Assembly (NCBI GenBank): GCA_045105515.1
Contig: JBGCDR010000040.1
Coordinates: forward strand, 53,014 to 117,013
DNA from: Oligoflexales bacterium
GTDB taxonomy: Bacteria > Bdellovibrionota_B > Oligoflexia > Oligoflexales > Bog-1112
Direction: 5' to 3'
Length of the DNA stretch: 64,000 nt
The translations under genes were made by a program, and so were the position numbers. Positions 41,736 through 51,316 of the stretch are shown one piece after another (within the stretch, counting starts at the first letter, position 1; every line of letters starts with the position of its first letter). The notes under the pieces are model-generated. The model was not told where the DNA came from. It saw only the letters and a list, made by a program, of their open reading frames with translations, and made no database searches.

Positions 41736-41894
41736 GTCACAGCTATCTTATCAGATCTTAAAATACAAGTAGCCCAGCATAATCCCATGAGATTTTTCCC
41801 CTGCAGACTTAATACATATAGCTGAAATAAATTTATGATAATCATCTGATTTTATTTTTATTACTATTTAAAATACTTTTACAGCCAAATTTAT

Positions 41895-43166
41895 CTATAA
41901 TTTAAATGCTGTATGCAAGGAGATTGCCAACTGATTCGAACTAATTTTATTGTCGGATCCATCACTAGTTTGACTTTCATCACCTGTTTTTAGCGCAAGA
42001 GAGGCCCCATACGTTCCTAGTTTGAGAAATGGTTTTTCGACGCTCATATGAATGCTACGGTAAGCAATCTTGCTTTCATCTGTATAACGGTCAAGGTTGA
42101 AGAAGTGGTTTGTATTCATGCTAAAAGCAGCTTCCACACGAATATTCCTTCGAATTAGATAGCGACTGCCTATGAAAAGCCCAAAAGCATTTTTTGTAGA
42201 ATTATCCTCGCTTGATCCTAACTTTTGCGTGTTCAACCAGTAAGTAAATTTTCCATAAACCAATAGATTTTTGCGCTTTGCCCATGAGGTGAATAGATCT
42301 AGCTTATCACCTTCTTGTTCGTAAACCTTTTCATTGCCATCTTCACTGGCAAGTGAATGCCCTGGTGTATATTTAACACCAGCCTCAAATTTCCTGATAT
42401 TTTTTAGATAAGAAATGCTTATTTCATTCCAATAAAATAAATGTTTCCTAAACTCATAAACCCCACCCTGAAGCAAAACTGAGTGAGGTTCAAGACTCAC
42501 CCCAACAAAGTGAATTTCTTTGATAGGTAGAGCAAATGCTAAGCCGCCTTTGTTCCGGCTTACCATCAGATCAGCTTGACTATCATAGAGGTTTGCATCT
42601 CCTTGCAATTGCTCAAGTTCATAGTTCATCATCATATAGAGCTTTAAATGTCTATCCTTAACAGCTGCATAGGCACCCAGTTTATGGCCTGTTAATTTTT
42701 TTAAATAATGTTCTCCAGTAAAACTCATGTCAAAATTGTGTTTGAGGAATCCCAACTGAAAGGCAAGCTGCCTCGGCTTTTGAATAGCAAGCAAACCCGA
42801 AGCCATGAAAAAAGGTGAATTTATAGATAATTCATCAAAAGATAGAGGCGAAAAACGATGTTTCCTTTTGGATCCTTTAAGCTCCAGCTCTAAAGTCAGT
42901 AAATCTCCTTCCCAAAATTGATCAACCGCCTTTACACGCAAAACCTGAGTAGAATTTAATTTTCTTAAGAAGGTCGCACTCGTTTTTTCTCCTGTTCGCT
43001 TATTGTGGATGATGAATTCTTTAAATTTTTCCCTAAAGAACTTTTTTTCTTCTTTGGCGCTAGCTTCCACGATCACCACGCCTTTGGCTGGCTTAACTTT
43101 TAAAACTTGTGCTGAAAAACCAGCAGCCGGAAAGAGTGCAATTATTAGCAAAAAACCGAAACGCAA
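41895..43166 (-). CDS. Probable outer-membrane beta-barrel protein
   Basis: Signal peptide, alternating beta pattern, C-terminus 'ISLHTAFKL'. Confidence 0.55.
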   Translation of the reverse strand: MRFGFLLIIALFPAAGFSAQVLKVKPAKGVVIVEASAKEEKKFFREKFKEFIIHNKRTGEKTSATFLRKLNSTQVLRVKAVDQFWEGDLLTLELELKGSKRKHRFSPLSFDELSINSPFFMASGLLAIQKPRQLAFQLGFLKHNFDMSFTGEHYLKKLTGHKLGAYAAVKDRHLKLYMMMNYELEQLQGDANLYDSQADLMVSRNKGGLAFALPIKEIHFVGVSLEPHSVLLQGGVYEFRKHLFYWNEISISYLKNIRKFEAGVKYTPGHSLASEDGNEKVYEQEGDKLDLFTSWAKRKNLLVYGKFTYWLNTQKLGSSEDNSTKNAFGLFIGSRYLIRRNIRVEAAFSMNTNHFFNLDRYTDESKIAYRSIHMSVEKPFLKLGTYGASLALKTGDESQTSDGSDNKISSNQLAISLHTAFKL

Positions 43167-43320
43167 CTAGAGGTCCTCATTTGCAAAAAGTTATAGTTTT
43201 GTATTATTGTATCACTTCTTTGGTTTAGCAATAGGCGCTAAGGAATAGCCACCTTGCCCTTTAAAGAAGAAATAGCTAAGTTAGAAAATAATTTACCGGT
43301 TTCGCACTAAGGAGATATTT

Positions 43321-43707
43321 ATGGAAGCAAACGAAACTCAAAATCATGAAGGTGAATCGCAAGATGCTAAACCTTCAAGCAAGGCAAAGAGCAAAAAGGC
43401 CAACAAACCCAGCAATGACGAGCTAAAACTTAGGCTTATCTTAAATGCTCCCGAGGGGCATCCTTTTGCGCAATTTTTGAACCAGATAAAACAACGGGGA
43501 GTCAAAAATTTTGAACCTGGTGAGTTCATTTTAAAAACCCTAGAAGAATTCCCTGAAGAATGGTGGAATGACAAAATTGAAGGTCTTACTCCTCTTGAGT
43601 TTAAGATCAACAAAGCTCTTTCAGACCCAGACATGCGCGAAAAACTGACCATGCTGCTAGCATCAGAGAAACTGGAAGACCGTGGTAACAGCCTCCTCCA
43701 TTCTTAG
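43321..43707 (+). CDS. Hypothetical protein
   Basis: AAGGAG RBS; 23 bp upstream of the selD fusion. Confidence 0.65.
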   Translation: MEANETQNHEGESQDAKPSSKAKSKKANKPSNDELKLRLILNAPEGHPFAQFLNQIKQRGVKNFEPGEFILKTLEEFPEEWWNDKIEGLTPLEFKINKALSDPDMREKLTMLLASEKLEDRGNSLLHS

Positions 43708-43730
43708 AGCTTTTTGCAATCGGACTCCTC

Positions 43731-46028
43731 ATGTCTTCAATAAATCAATCCCACAATACAATTCTTAAAGATATCTTTCTGGCAGGAGGAGGACATGCTC
43801 ATGCTTTGGTCATTAAAAAATATGCTATGAACCCTTGGCCAGGTGTCAGGCTAAATTTGATTTCAGATTGCTATCAAACTCCTTATTCAGGAATGCTTCC
43901 TGGTTTAGTTGCGGGTGACTATCATTTCGACGAAGCTCATATCGACTTAGCCCGCCTTTGCCAGTGGAGTCAAGTAAGGTTTTTTCATGGCAAGATTAAA
44001 GACATTGACTTTTCACTGCAAACGGTGATTTCGGATGAACATCCTCCATTACATTGGGACATAATTTCAATTAACACCGGCTCGACCCCAAGTTTACCTG
44101 AAGCACCTGGGTTTAAGGAATTTTCCACTCCAATTAAGCCGATCACACATTTTCTATCTAGGCTAAAAAGCTTTATCAAGCAGCTCCAAAGCAATACCCT
44201 GCCAGACCCTTCTGTATTTATCCTTGGCGCAGGGGTTGCAGGTATAGAAATTGCTTTTAGTCTCAGAGCGCGCTTTTCTAAACTTAGCCCAAAGCAAAAA
44301 GTCAAAATTCAAATCATACACTCTAAAAACCAGGTTTTGCCCGAGCTTTCTGGTTCTGCACGGAAACTTATGGAAAAGGAGCTTGCTAAATCTGATATTG
44401 TGATAACTTACAATACCAAAGTCGAACATTTGACAGCTGACAGCATCACCCTCCAGGGGCATGCAAATTTTCCTTGTCAGCTCTGTATCGTATGTAGTCA
44501 CGCTCAAGCTCCCCACTGGCCTAGTAAATCAGGCCTAAAAGTCGACGAAAACGGTTTCATCTTGGTTAACCAAAATTTGCAATCTATTTCGCATCCAGCA
44601 GTTTTTGCAGCTGGTGACATAGCCCAAGTATCAGGACAGCCCTTACCTAGAGCCGGCGTATATGCGGTACGCCAAGCCGAGCCCTTAGCTACAAACCTAT
44701 TGCGTGCAATATCCCACCAAAGTCTTATTAAATTTAAACCTCAAAAGAGTTTTCTTAAGCTGATAGGGACTGGTAATGGAAAGGCCTTAGCTGCCAAGGG
44801 TGCTGTGCACTTCTACGGCAAAACGCCCTGGAAACTAAAGCGATCAATCGACCAAAAATTTATGCAAAAACTGGGACCAGATTCAACTTGGCTTAGTGAT
44901 ATGCAAGAACGAAAGCCCCCTGCAAAATACTCACTTACTCTGCAAACAGAGCATGCAAAAACGCTAGCTTTAGCAAGTATGCGCTGTAGCGGATGTGCAG
45001 CCAAATGGGACGAAGGTGTTTTATCAGATATTTTGAACAGCATTCGTAGCAATCCCAAATTAAGAATTTGCTTGACGTCGCCCGACGATCCACAAATATT
45101 TCTAAAACCGGATGATGCTGCAGTTTTCACACCAGTTCCGGGCTTTGATATGGCCCAAAGCATTGACTTTATGCCATGTATCACCAGCGACCCTTATCTA
45201 TTTGGTCGCATTTTAGTTAACCATAGCTTCAACGATATTTATGCCATGGGAGGCAAACCACATAGTGCACAAGCACTCATTATGCTCCCTTATGCAGCAA
45301 AAAAAATAGCCGCATCTGATGGCAAGCTCCTTATGCAAGGAATTGCCACCCAGCTAATCAAATTAGGCAGCGAAATAAAACTCATTGGGGGACACACCTG
45401 TGAAGGTAGTCCTATGTCTGCTGGTATTGTTTGTAACGGCCTAGTAAAACCAGGGTCAAGCCTAAGCAAAGCTGGCTTGACTGCCGGCGACAAGCTAATT
45501 CTAAGCAAACCTCTGGGAACGGGGGTGATTTTTGCGGCTGCAATGCGCTTGGCAGCTCACTCGCAATGGCTTGATAGTGCCATAAATTCTATGCTCGTCG
45601 ACCATAGTTTTATGAGCGAGCCGCATGCTAAATTTCCAGGAGGCGGTGCTACCGACATCAGTGGATTTGGTCTCTTAGGCCATCTTTTAGAAATGCAATT
45701 TATGTCCAATAAAAATGTCATATTGTATTTGGACCAAATCCCTTTGTTACCAGGAGTCGAAGACTGCCTTGCAATGGGCATTCGCAGCAGCCTTTACCCA
45801 AAAAATGCAACTAAAAAAAAATTCATTCACATGTCCTGCCAAATTGACGATCCTAAACATGAAATACTGTTTGACCCACAAACTTCTGGCCCTATGCTAC
45901 TTTCTCTCCCAGCTCAATATGCTCCGGTATACCTGGAAATGCTAAAAAATTTCGGATTTCTCAGCTCAGCAATCATTGGAGAAGTGAGCGATGAATGGAC
46001 TCCAAATACCCCAACACACATAGTTTAA
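43731..46028 (+). CDS. selD: FAD/NAD-dependent oxidoreductase fused to selenide, water dikinase
   Basis: N-terminal LAGGGHAHA, TPYSGMLPG, GAGVAGIE, FAAGD; C-terminal MRCSGCAAK, DDAAV, DIYAMGG, GGHT, LSKPLGTG, TDISGFGLLGHL, DPQTSG. Confidence 0.92.
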   Translation: MSSINQSHNTILKDIFLAGGGHAHALVIKKYAMNPWPGVRLNLISDCYQTPYSGMLPGLVAGDYHFDEAHIDLARLCQWSQVRFFHGKIKDIDFSLQTVISDEHPPLHWDIISINTGSTPSLPEAPGFKEFSTPIKPITHFLSRLKSFIKQLQSNTLPDPSVFILGAGVAGIEIAFSLRARFSKLSPKQKVKIQIIHSKNQVLPELSGSARKLMEKELAKSDIVITYNTKVEHLTADSITLQGHANFPCQLCIVCSHAQAPHWPSKSGLKVDENGFILVNQNLQSISHPAVFAAGDIAQVSGQPLPRAGVYAVRQAEPLATNLLRAISHQSLIKFKPQKSFLKLIGTGNGKALAAKGAVHFYGKTPWKLKRSIDQKFMQKLGPDSTWLSDMQERKPPAKYSLTLQTEHAKTLALASMRCSGCAAKWDEGVLSDILNSIRSNPKLRICLTSPDDPQIFLKPDDAAVFTPVPGFDMAQSIDFMPCITSDPYLFGRILVNHSFNDIYAMGGKPHSAQALIMLPYAAKKIAASDGKLLMQGIATQLIKLGSEIKLIGGHTCEGSPMSAGIVCNGLVKPGSSLSKAGLTAGDKLILSKPLGTGVIFAAAMRLAAHSQWLDSAINSMLVDHSFMSEPHAKFPGGGATDISGFGLLGHLLEMQFMSNKNVILYLDQIPLLPGVEDCLAMGIRSSLYPKNATKKKFIHMSCQIDDPKHEILFDPQTSGPMLLSLPAQYAPVYLEMLKNFGFLSSAIIGEVSDEWTPNTPTHIV

Positions 46029-46151
46029 TCCTACGACCCCATTTCCAGTTTTCCCTGCGATTTAAGCCAAAAAGACGAAAACTTATTGCATACTCATGCC
46101 AAAAACATTAGGCTTGCCTTCGCTAGTTGGCGATAGGCTCAGGAGCTTTAG

Positions 46152-47192
46152 ATGTTTGAGGAGGCAGGAAGCCTTAAAAAGTTTTGGCATGTTTGCGCTT
46201 TTTCTCGTGAAATCAAGCAAGCCCCTCTTCGAATTAAAATATACAACACACCTATAGTTTTGTGGCGGAACAAAAGCCTAAAGATATGCGCACTCCTAGA
46301 CTCCTGTCCTCACCGAGCAAGCCCATTGAGTGCTGGAAATTGCCAAGATAATTCCATTTCATGTCCTTATCATGGCTGGACTTTTGATCACAATGGTGCA
46401 TGTAAGAGTGTTCCTTGTGAAAATCCTCGATTCAAATTTAGGAAAAAAATTCCAGCATTTGAAATAAAAGAAGACTCTGGCTTGGTCTGGATTTATCTAG
46501 AACAAAACATAGCAGCAAGAGAAGCCCCATTTTCCCTGGCACCTTACAAGAATAAAAATTGGCATTTTATTTACAGAAAAAAAATTTTTAGCACGAGTAC
46601 CTCTCAACTAATTGAAAATTTCATGGATTCTTCCCACACCTCTTTTGTTCATCAAGGGTTAATAAGAGGTATCAGTGAAAAAACCGAACGTAAAGTCCAA
46701 GTGCTTTGTGACGATCATCGGGTCCTTGTTTCCCACCCAGAGATCAAAGAAAAAGTAGGAGTTGGCGGCAGCTTGATTTTGGGAAAAAACGCCCGGGTCA
46801 CCCACACAGATGAGTTCATTCTCCCGAGCATTGTAAAAGTAGATTACCAGTTTAAGCCTAAGAACAGGGGTTTTCTGGCATTTATTTTTTGTACTCCAGT
46901 AACTGCAACTCAAACCATAGCACATGTAGTGATCGGATTACGTTTTGGTGCATTGAGCTACCTGGTAAAACCAATCCTCCCCATCTTCATCCATAAAATA
47001 TTAAATCAAGATGAACAGATAACGCGTTTACAGCAAGAGAACCAAAATCTGTTAGGAAATCCTGAAGAATGTGATGCTCCAAGTGACTATATGCATCGAC
47101 AGGTCAAAAACCTTAGAGGACAGTATCTCAGCCAGGATCACTCTATAGAAGATTATCGCAAAGGTACCAAGCATTTCTCTGTTTGGCTTTAG
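46152..47192 (+). CDS. Rieske non-heme iron oxygenase alpha subunit (VanA-like architecture)
   Basis: CPHR...CPYHGW Rieske ligands; ENFMDSSHTSFVH mononuclear Fe motif; NQD. Confidence 0.88.
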   Translation: MFEEAGSLKKFWHVCAFSREIKQAPLRIKIYNTPIVLWRNKSLKICALLDSCPHRASPLSAGNCQDNSISCPYHGWTFDHNGACKSVPCENPRFKFRKKIPAFEIKEDSGLVWIYLEQNIAAREAPFSLAPYKNKNWHFIYRKKIFSTSTSQLIENFMDSSHTSFVHQGLIRGISEKTERKVQVLCDDHRVLVSHPEIKEKVGVGGSLILGKNARVTHTDEFILPSIVKVDYQFKPKNRGFLAFIFCTPVTATQTIAHVVIGLRFGALSYLVKPILPIFIHKILNQDEQITRLQQENQNLLGNPEECDAPSDYMHRQVKNLRGQYLSQDHSIEDYRKGTKHFSVWL

Positions 47193-47217
47193 CTGAAGCC
47201 TATACTAAGGAGTTCAT

Positions 47218-48531
47218 TTGCTCTATCACAATTCTTATTATCAGTCTTTTTTTAAGATTATCCAACTGTATTCTTACAGTAGAGGAGATCTATACAGTTT
47301 TCTTCAAGAGCTAAATACTAAATTTGGCGAAAAAGTCAGCTGTAAAATTCCAGGTAAGAACGTCCACTTTCTATTTTGCAAAGAAGCCGTGAATACCATT
47401 CTAGTTAAAAGAGAGAGGGAATTTGCCAAAACCCGCTACACTCTTCAATTAGACAAATTACTAGGTAAAGGTCTACTAACCTCCGAAGGGAAGCACTGGC
47501 AAAAGAATCGAAAGCTAATCCAACCTTTCTTCAAACAGCAATCCTTTCATACAATCACAAAAAGCCTAGAACAAGAAGTAGCAAGTTATTTAGATGCCTT
47601 TGCAAACAAGATGGTAAGCAATTCTCTAAGGATTAACCTGGTTGAATTCATTCATGCTCTCATCTTAAATCTAACTGCTAAAACATTATTTGGCTTAAAT
47701 ATCGAAAAATATACTGAGGATATATCTCTTGGCTTACAGCTTTTTGTTGATTACACTTCCCAAGGTAGCATTAATAAAAATCTGTTTAGCTTTCACACTA
47801 AGCTCAGGATAAAGCGTTTTCGTCAACGCATGACAGAAATAATCACTGAACAAATTGCCAATGAAGGTAATGAATCGTGTAATTTTTTGTCTTACCTTGT
47901 CAATAAAAGCAAGGAAAGTCCTGGTTCCATAGATCGTAAACAAATCATTGACGAAGCTCTTACTATGCTTTTTGCAGGTCATGAGACCACTGCAAATGTT
48001 CTCTGTTGGTCGTTTGTAGAACTGGCTACTGAGCAAGTTTTGCAGGAACGTTTAATAGATCAGGCTAGAGGATTTGGGAGTATCAGTCCTTCTTTGGCTC
48101 AAGTACAAGAACTGAAAACCTTTGAAGATGTTTTTTTTGAATCTTTACGTCTATACCCCCCTGCCTGGGTTTTGGCTCGCGAGGTAAAATCAGACCTCAA
48201 TATATTAAATTTAGCCGTAAAGAAGAAAGACTTAATAGTCATTCCCACTTGGTTTATCCAGAGAAACAAACACTATTGGGATGACCCAAACTGTTTCAAA
48301 CCTGAGCGTTTTTCCAAAAATCCTAACCTACATGACGGCTCGTTTTTTCCCTTTAGCATGGGAGCAAGAACTTGTATCGGTCGCCAACTAGCCCACGCTC
48401 AAGCCAACTTAATCTTATGTAACTTTTTCAAACACTTCAAGTGCAAGCTTCTCCAGGCTAAACCACAACCACAGTTTCAAGTTCTTTTAAGACCCCCTCA
48501 GACAATTCCTGTACAACTTGAAAAACTTTAA
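47218..48531 (+). CDS. Cytochrome P450
   Basis: GLLTSEG, FAGHETT (I-helix), ESLRLYPP (ExxR), FKPERF, FSMGARTCIG heme motif. Confidence 0.93.
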   Translation: MLYHNSYYQSFFKIIQLYSYSRGDLYSFLQELNTKFGEKVSCKIPGKNVHFLFCKEAVNTILVKREREFAKTRYTLQLDKLLGKGLLTSEGKHWQKNRKLIQPFFKQQSFHTITKSLEQEVASYLDAFANKMVSNSLRINLVEFIHALILNLTAKTLFGLNIEKYTEDISLGLQLFVDYTSQGSINKNLFSFHTKLRIKRFRQRMTEIITEQIANEGNESCNFLSYLVNKSKESPGSIDRKQIIDEALTMLFAGHETTANVLCWSFVELATEQVLQERLIDQARGFGSISPSLAQVQELKTFEDVFFESLRLYPPAWVLAREVKSDLNILNLAVKKKDLIVIPTWFIQRNKHYWDDPNCFKPERFSKNPNLHDGSFFPFSMGARTCIGRQLAHAQANLILCNFFKHFKCKLLQAKPQPQFQVLLRPPQTIPVQLEKL

Positions 48532-48644
48532 TGCGGTCAAAACTATCCATCACTGCCACTTAAATCCCTTTATCTTAAGACATCTCTACTTATGAAATTT
48601 CCTTCTGAAATATCCTCCCCAATGTTTAGCCTTGGATTACTAAT

Positions 48645-48975
48645 ATGAAATACTTTTTGTATTTAATTTTTTTTATTAATATGAATACCAACTTTTATTT
48701 TAGCTTCACCAGAATATGAAGAATCTCTTAAAGTTGAAGGTTACAGAGACTCTAAATTTTAAAAGAATATTGAATTCAATATTGATTTTTTTTAAGCCTC
48801 ATTTACGAGCTATGCATTAAACCATGAATTTTACACACATCGAGATATATTTATTGAGCATACTGGTCTCCGAAACTTATATCCAATACTACTATCATAC
48901 ACCCGCAGCATAATCCCTGGATCCATATTATTTATGTGTAGGAAAGCAACGAAATTGACAAACACAGATGTCTGA
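48645..48975 (+). pseudogene. Probable relic of a secreted-protein gene
   Basis: MKYFLYLIFFINMN, then a frameshift into FILASPEYEESLKVEGYRDSKF*KNIEFNIDFF*ASFTSYALNHEFYTHRDIF...; two in-frame TAA stops. Confidence 0.35.
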
Positions 48976-49095
48976 CCTAAACACAGAATATCAAACACCT
49001 AACAAGTATTTGTGTAAACTCTCATTGCATCAGGACTATATCTACCATTAATATATTCCTACAAGTTGAACCAAAGTACTATCGAGGACAACAAA

Positions 49096-49434
49096 ATGAA
49101 ACAAACCTTATTCGCGGTTTTTTTAAATATGTTTTTGGTATCTGCATGCACCCAGGAAACTCAAAACCGAATATCGCGTAGCATACAAAATTGGACCGGA
49201 ACAAATGGTGTATTAGATGTCATAGGCAGCGATAAAATCCTATATCGATTCATTGAAATAGACAAGCTAACAACTGCAGAAGCAACCGGGGGAGGTGAAC
49301 ATCGGCCATACCGCTATGGTTATGGGGTTCTCGACCTTAACCAAAACTACAAGAAAGATCCCGGTGAGAAAAAAGTTTATTTTGAAATTTCTGATTATTC
49401 TACCAGCTATGTATTTTATGAATCGCCTTATTGA
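49096..49434 (+). CDS. Hypothetical lipoprotein
   Basis: GAGG RBS, ATG 49096, lipobox VSAC. Confidence 0.7.
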   Translation: MKQTLFAVFLNMFLVSACTQETQNRISRSIQNWTGTNGVLDVIGSDKILYRFIEIDKLTTAEATGGGEHRPYRYGYGVLDLNQNYKKDPGEKKVYFEISDYSTSYVFYESPY

Positions 49435-49439
49435 CCCCT

Positions 49440-49459
49440 GCTTACCAAGCTTAAACATC
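49440..49459 (+). repeat. Direct repeat copy 1 (GCTTACCAAGCTTAAACATC)
   Basis: 19/20 identical to 55211-55230; both copies are intergenic. Confidence 0.6.
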
Positions 49460-49608
49460 TATGATCCTTATTAATTTATGGGAACAAACATAGTCAAAGC
49501 CATAGCATAATCGGTTCAATCATCCAGCAACTTGCGGTTCTATAAATTAACTACCTACTCATAAAACTTATGTTTACAATCGCTTAGTAAACTAATTTAC
49601 AGAATAAT

Positions 49609-49636
49609 TCAAGAAAACTGCAGGTCTCGACGATGC
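49609..49636 (+). promoter_or_regulatory. Putative sigma28-type promoter (TCAAG-N15-GACGATGC)
   Basis: Upstream of the NlpC/P60 gene; weaker -10 match. Confidence 0.3.
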
Positions 49637-49768
49637 CCAAACTGTGAAGTTGGTAAATTATCTAATATTGCCATATTTACTAAATAATTCAGGGCATAAA
49701 ATAGTTTTTCAACAAAGTTATGAGGATGAGGTCCAAAAACACAGCAAGTAAAATAAGGAAAAAGAAAG

Positions 49769-51316
49769 ATGTTAAAGAATTTTGCTTTTTATTTCGCATG
49801 TTCGATTCTTTGTATGATTTATTTTTCAGAAAAATCAATCGCTGCGACCTATTACTACAAAATTTCGACAGAGGATGAAGTGCATTCTCCAGATAGAATT
49901 TATTGGAGTGAAGCAAAGCAGCTAAAAGGGCGTTACTTTGCCCTTAAGTATGCCGAAGAAGGGCCCTATAAAAACTATTTTTTTGCTAATTTCAATCTAC
50001 TAGAGCAATTCTTATTAGAAAGAAATTTTATCAGTCAAGGTGAACTCATTGAGGGGACTCCTATAATTAAGATTGCTTTAGAATTGATGAAATCCCAGAA
50101 AGATGAAATCTCTCTTATTCGGACCCCTGGTAGAGAAAAAGGTCCATTACAAACACAATTTGAATTTTTCATTAATCAACCTTATTATTGGTTTTCTTCG
50201 TCATCTCACCAGGAGCTCAATGGCTACATTTCGGGAGGCACTGGATTAAACTTTTGTAGTGGCTTATTTGACATGAAGTGGGGACTTGATTGCTCAGGCT
50301 TTATCTACTTTGCTCACAGGCTTAATAAGACCTGTTTTCCTAGATTTCGCTCCGATAATTTATGGGTTCTATTCAATCCAAGCTTTGCAGATGCGTATGA
50401 TATGTATGACTACGAGACGCTCACTAGCTTTTTTGAAGAAACATCGGAGCCTGCGCCAGGTGACCTAGTTCTCTTTGACGGTCATATTTCACTATACTTG
50501 AACGAAGCACTTAGTATAGGTCAAAGCTCATATGGAATAGCGTTCGAAGCATTCAAGAATAGAAAGCGCACTGATGAAAATATTAATGGAATAAAACCCC
50601 ATCATGTTTTCTTTAAAATTAAGGAAAAAAATTCAAATCAATGCAACGACATTACAGTTGATCGCTACAAGAGTGAGGATTATAGAGGTTCGCAAAAAGC
50701 TTACAACAAACATTTTCAAGGATTGTATTTTAGTCGAGAAACCGGAAATGTAATTCTTAGCGATTACAAAGGAAATGGATCCAGAGACAATCTATGCGCC
50801 GTTTCCAAGCCTAGCAATGATTCCATCTATCCTCAGATCGAAAATTATGGGGATTTTGGCGTATTTCATACTCTCCGCGAAGAAAACTCTTCCCGCTACG
50901 ATATCATGTGTGAAGAGGATGAAATTGTTTCAGGGGTAAAATTTAAAGACCATGGTGACAAGCATGTTGTCGGAATCTACTGCTTAAAATCCAGCCAAGC
51001 TCGATGGGGAAAAATCGAGTATATTCAAAACAACAACTTACCAGGTAGGTATTACGACCGCTACTGCTCAGATGCAAGAGCTGCAGTGGTGGGCATACGT
51101 TTTAATCAGTCTGAATCGGATTCCCGAATGGAAGGATTTTATTGCCAAGAAACCGAGAAACCTCTCCCTGATGAGCCTTTTTATCGCATTAAAGTAGATG
51201 AGCAAACCGGGGATAAATATGGTGCTTGGTGCTCAGAAAACAGTAATCTAGTCGGGTTTTATTACAAAGATGCTGGAGATGATCACATAGTTGAACAACT
51301 TTGTATCCAAAACTAA
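49769..51316 (+). CDS. Secreted NlpC/P60-family protein with C-terminal triple Cys-bounded repeat domain
   Basis: Signal peptide (SIA); PYYW, GLDCSGFI, PGDLVLFDGHISLY; three C-terminal repeats Y..xC....(V/L)xG......C. Confidence 0.75.
   Translation: MLKNFAFYFACSILCMIYFSEKSIAATYYYKISTEDEVHSPDRIYWSEAKQLKGRYFALKYAEEGPYKNYFFANFNLLEQFLLERNFISQGELIEGTPIIKIALELMKSQKDEISLIRTPGREKGPLQTQFEFFINQPYYWFSSSSHQELNGYISGGTGLNFCSGLFDMKWGLDCSGFIYFAHRLNKTCFPRFRSDNLWVLFNPSFADAYDMYDYETLTSFFEETSEPAPGDLVLFDGHISLYLNEALSIGQSSYGIAFEAFKNRKRTDENINGIKPHHVFFKIKEKNSNQCNDITVDRYKSEDYRGSQKAYNKHFQGLYFSRETGNVILSDYKGNGSRDNLCAVSKPSNDSIYPQIENYGDFGVFHTLREENSSRYDIMCEEDEIVSGVKFKDHGDKHVVGIYCLKSSQARWGKIEYIQNNNLPGRYYDRYCSDARAAVVGIRFNQSESDSRMEGFYCQETEKPLPDEPFYRIKVDEQTGDKYGAWCSENSNLVGFYYKDAGDDHIVEQLCIQN

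Noticed and set aside
44979..45005. Selenocysteine in SelD
   Set aside because: Both active-site residues are TGT (Cys); there is no in-frame TGA.
46086..46101. Minus-strand sigma54-like TGGCATGAGTATGCA
   Set aside because: GG-GC spacing is 9 rather than 10, and it points antisense into selD.
49440..49459. TTAC-CAA as an IS200/IS605 left end, or the repeat as a tRNA fragment or attC site
   Set aside because: No subterminal hairpin, tnpA/tnpB, cloverleaf or attC R/L boxes.
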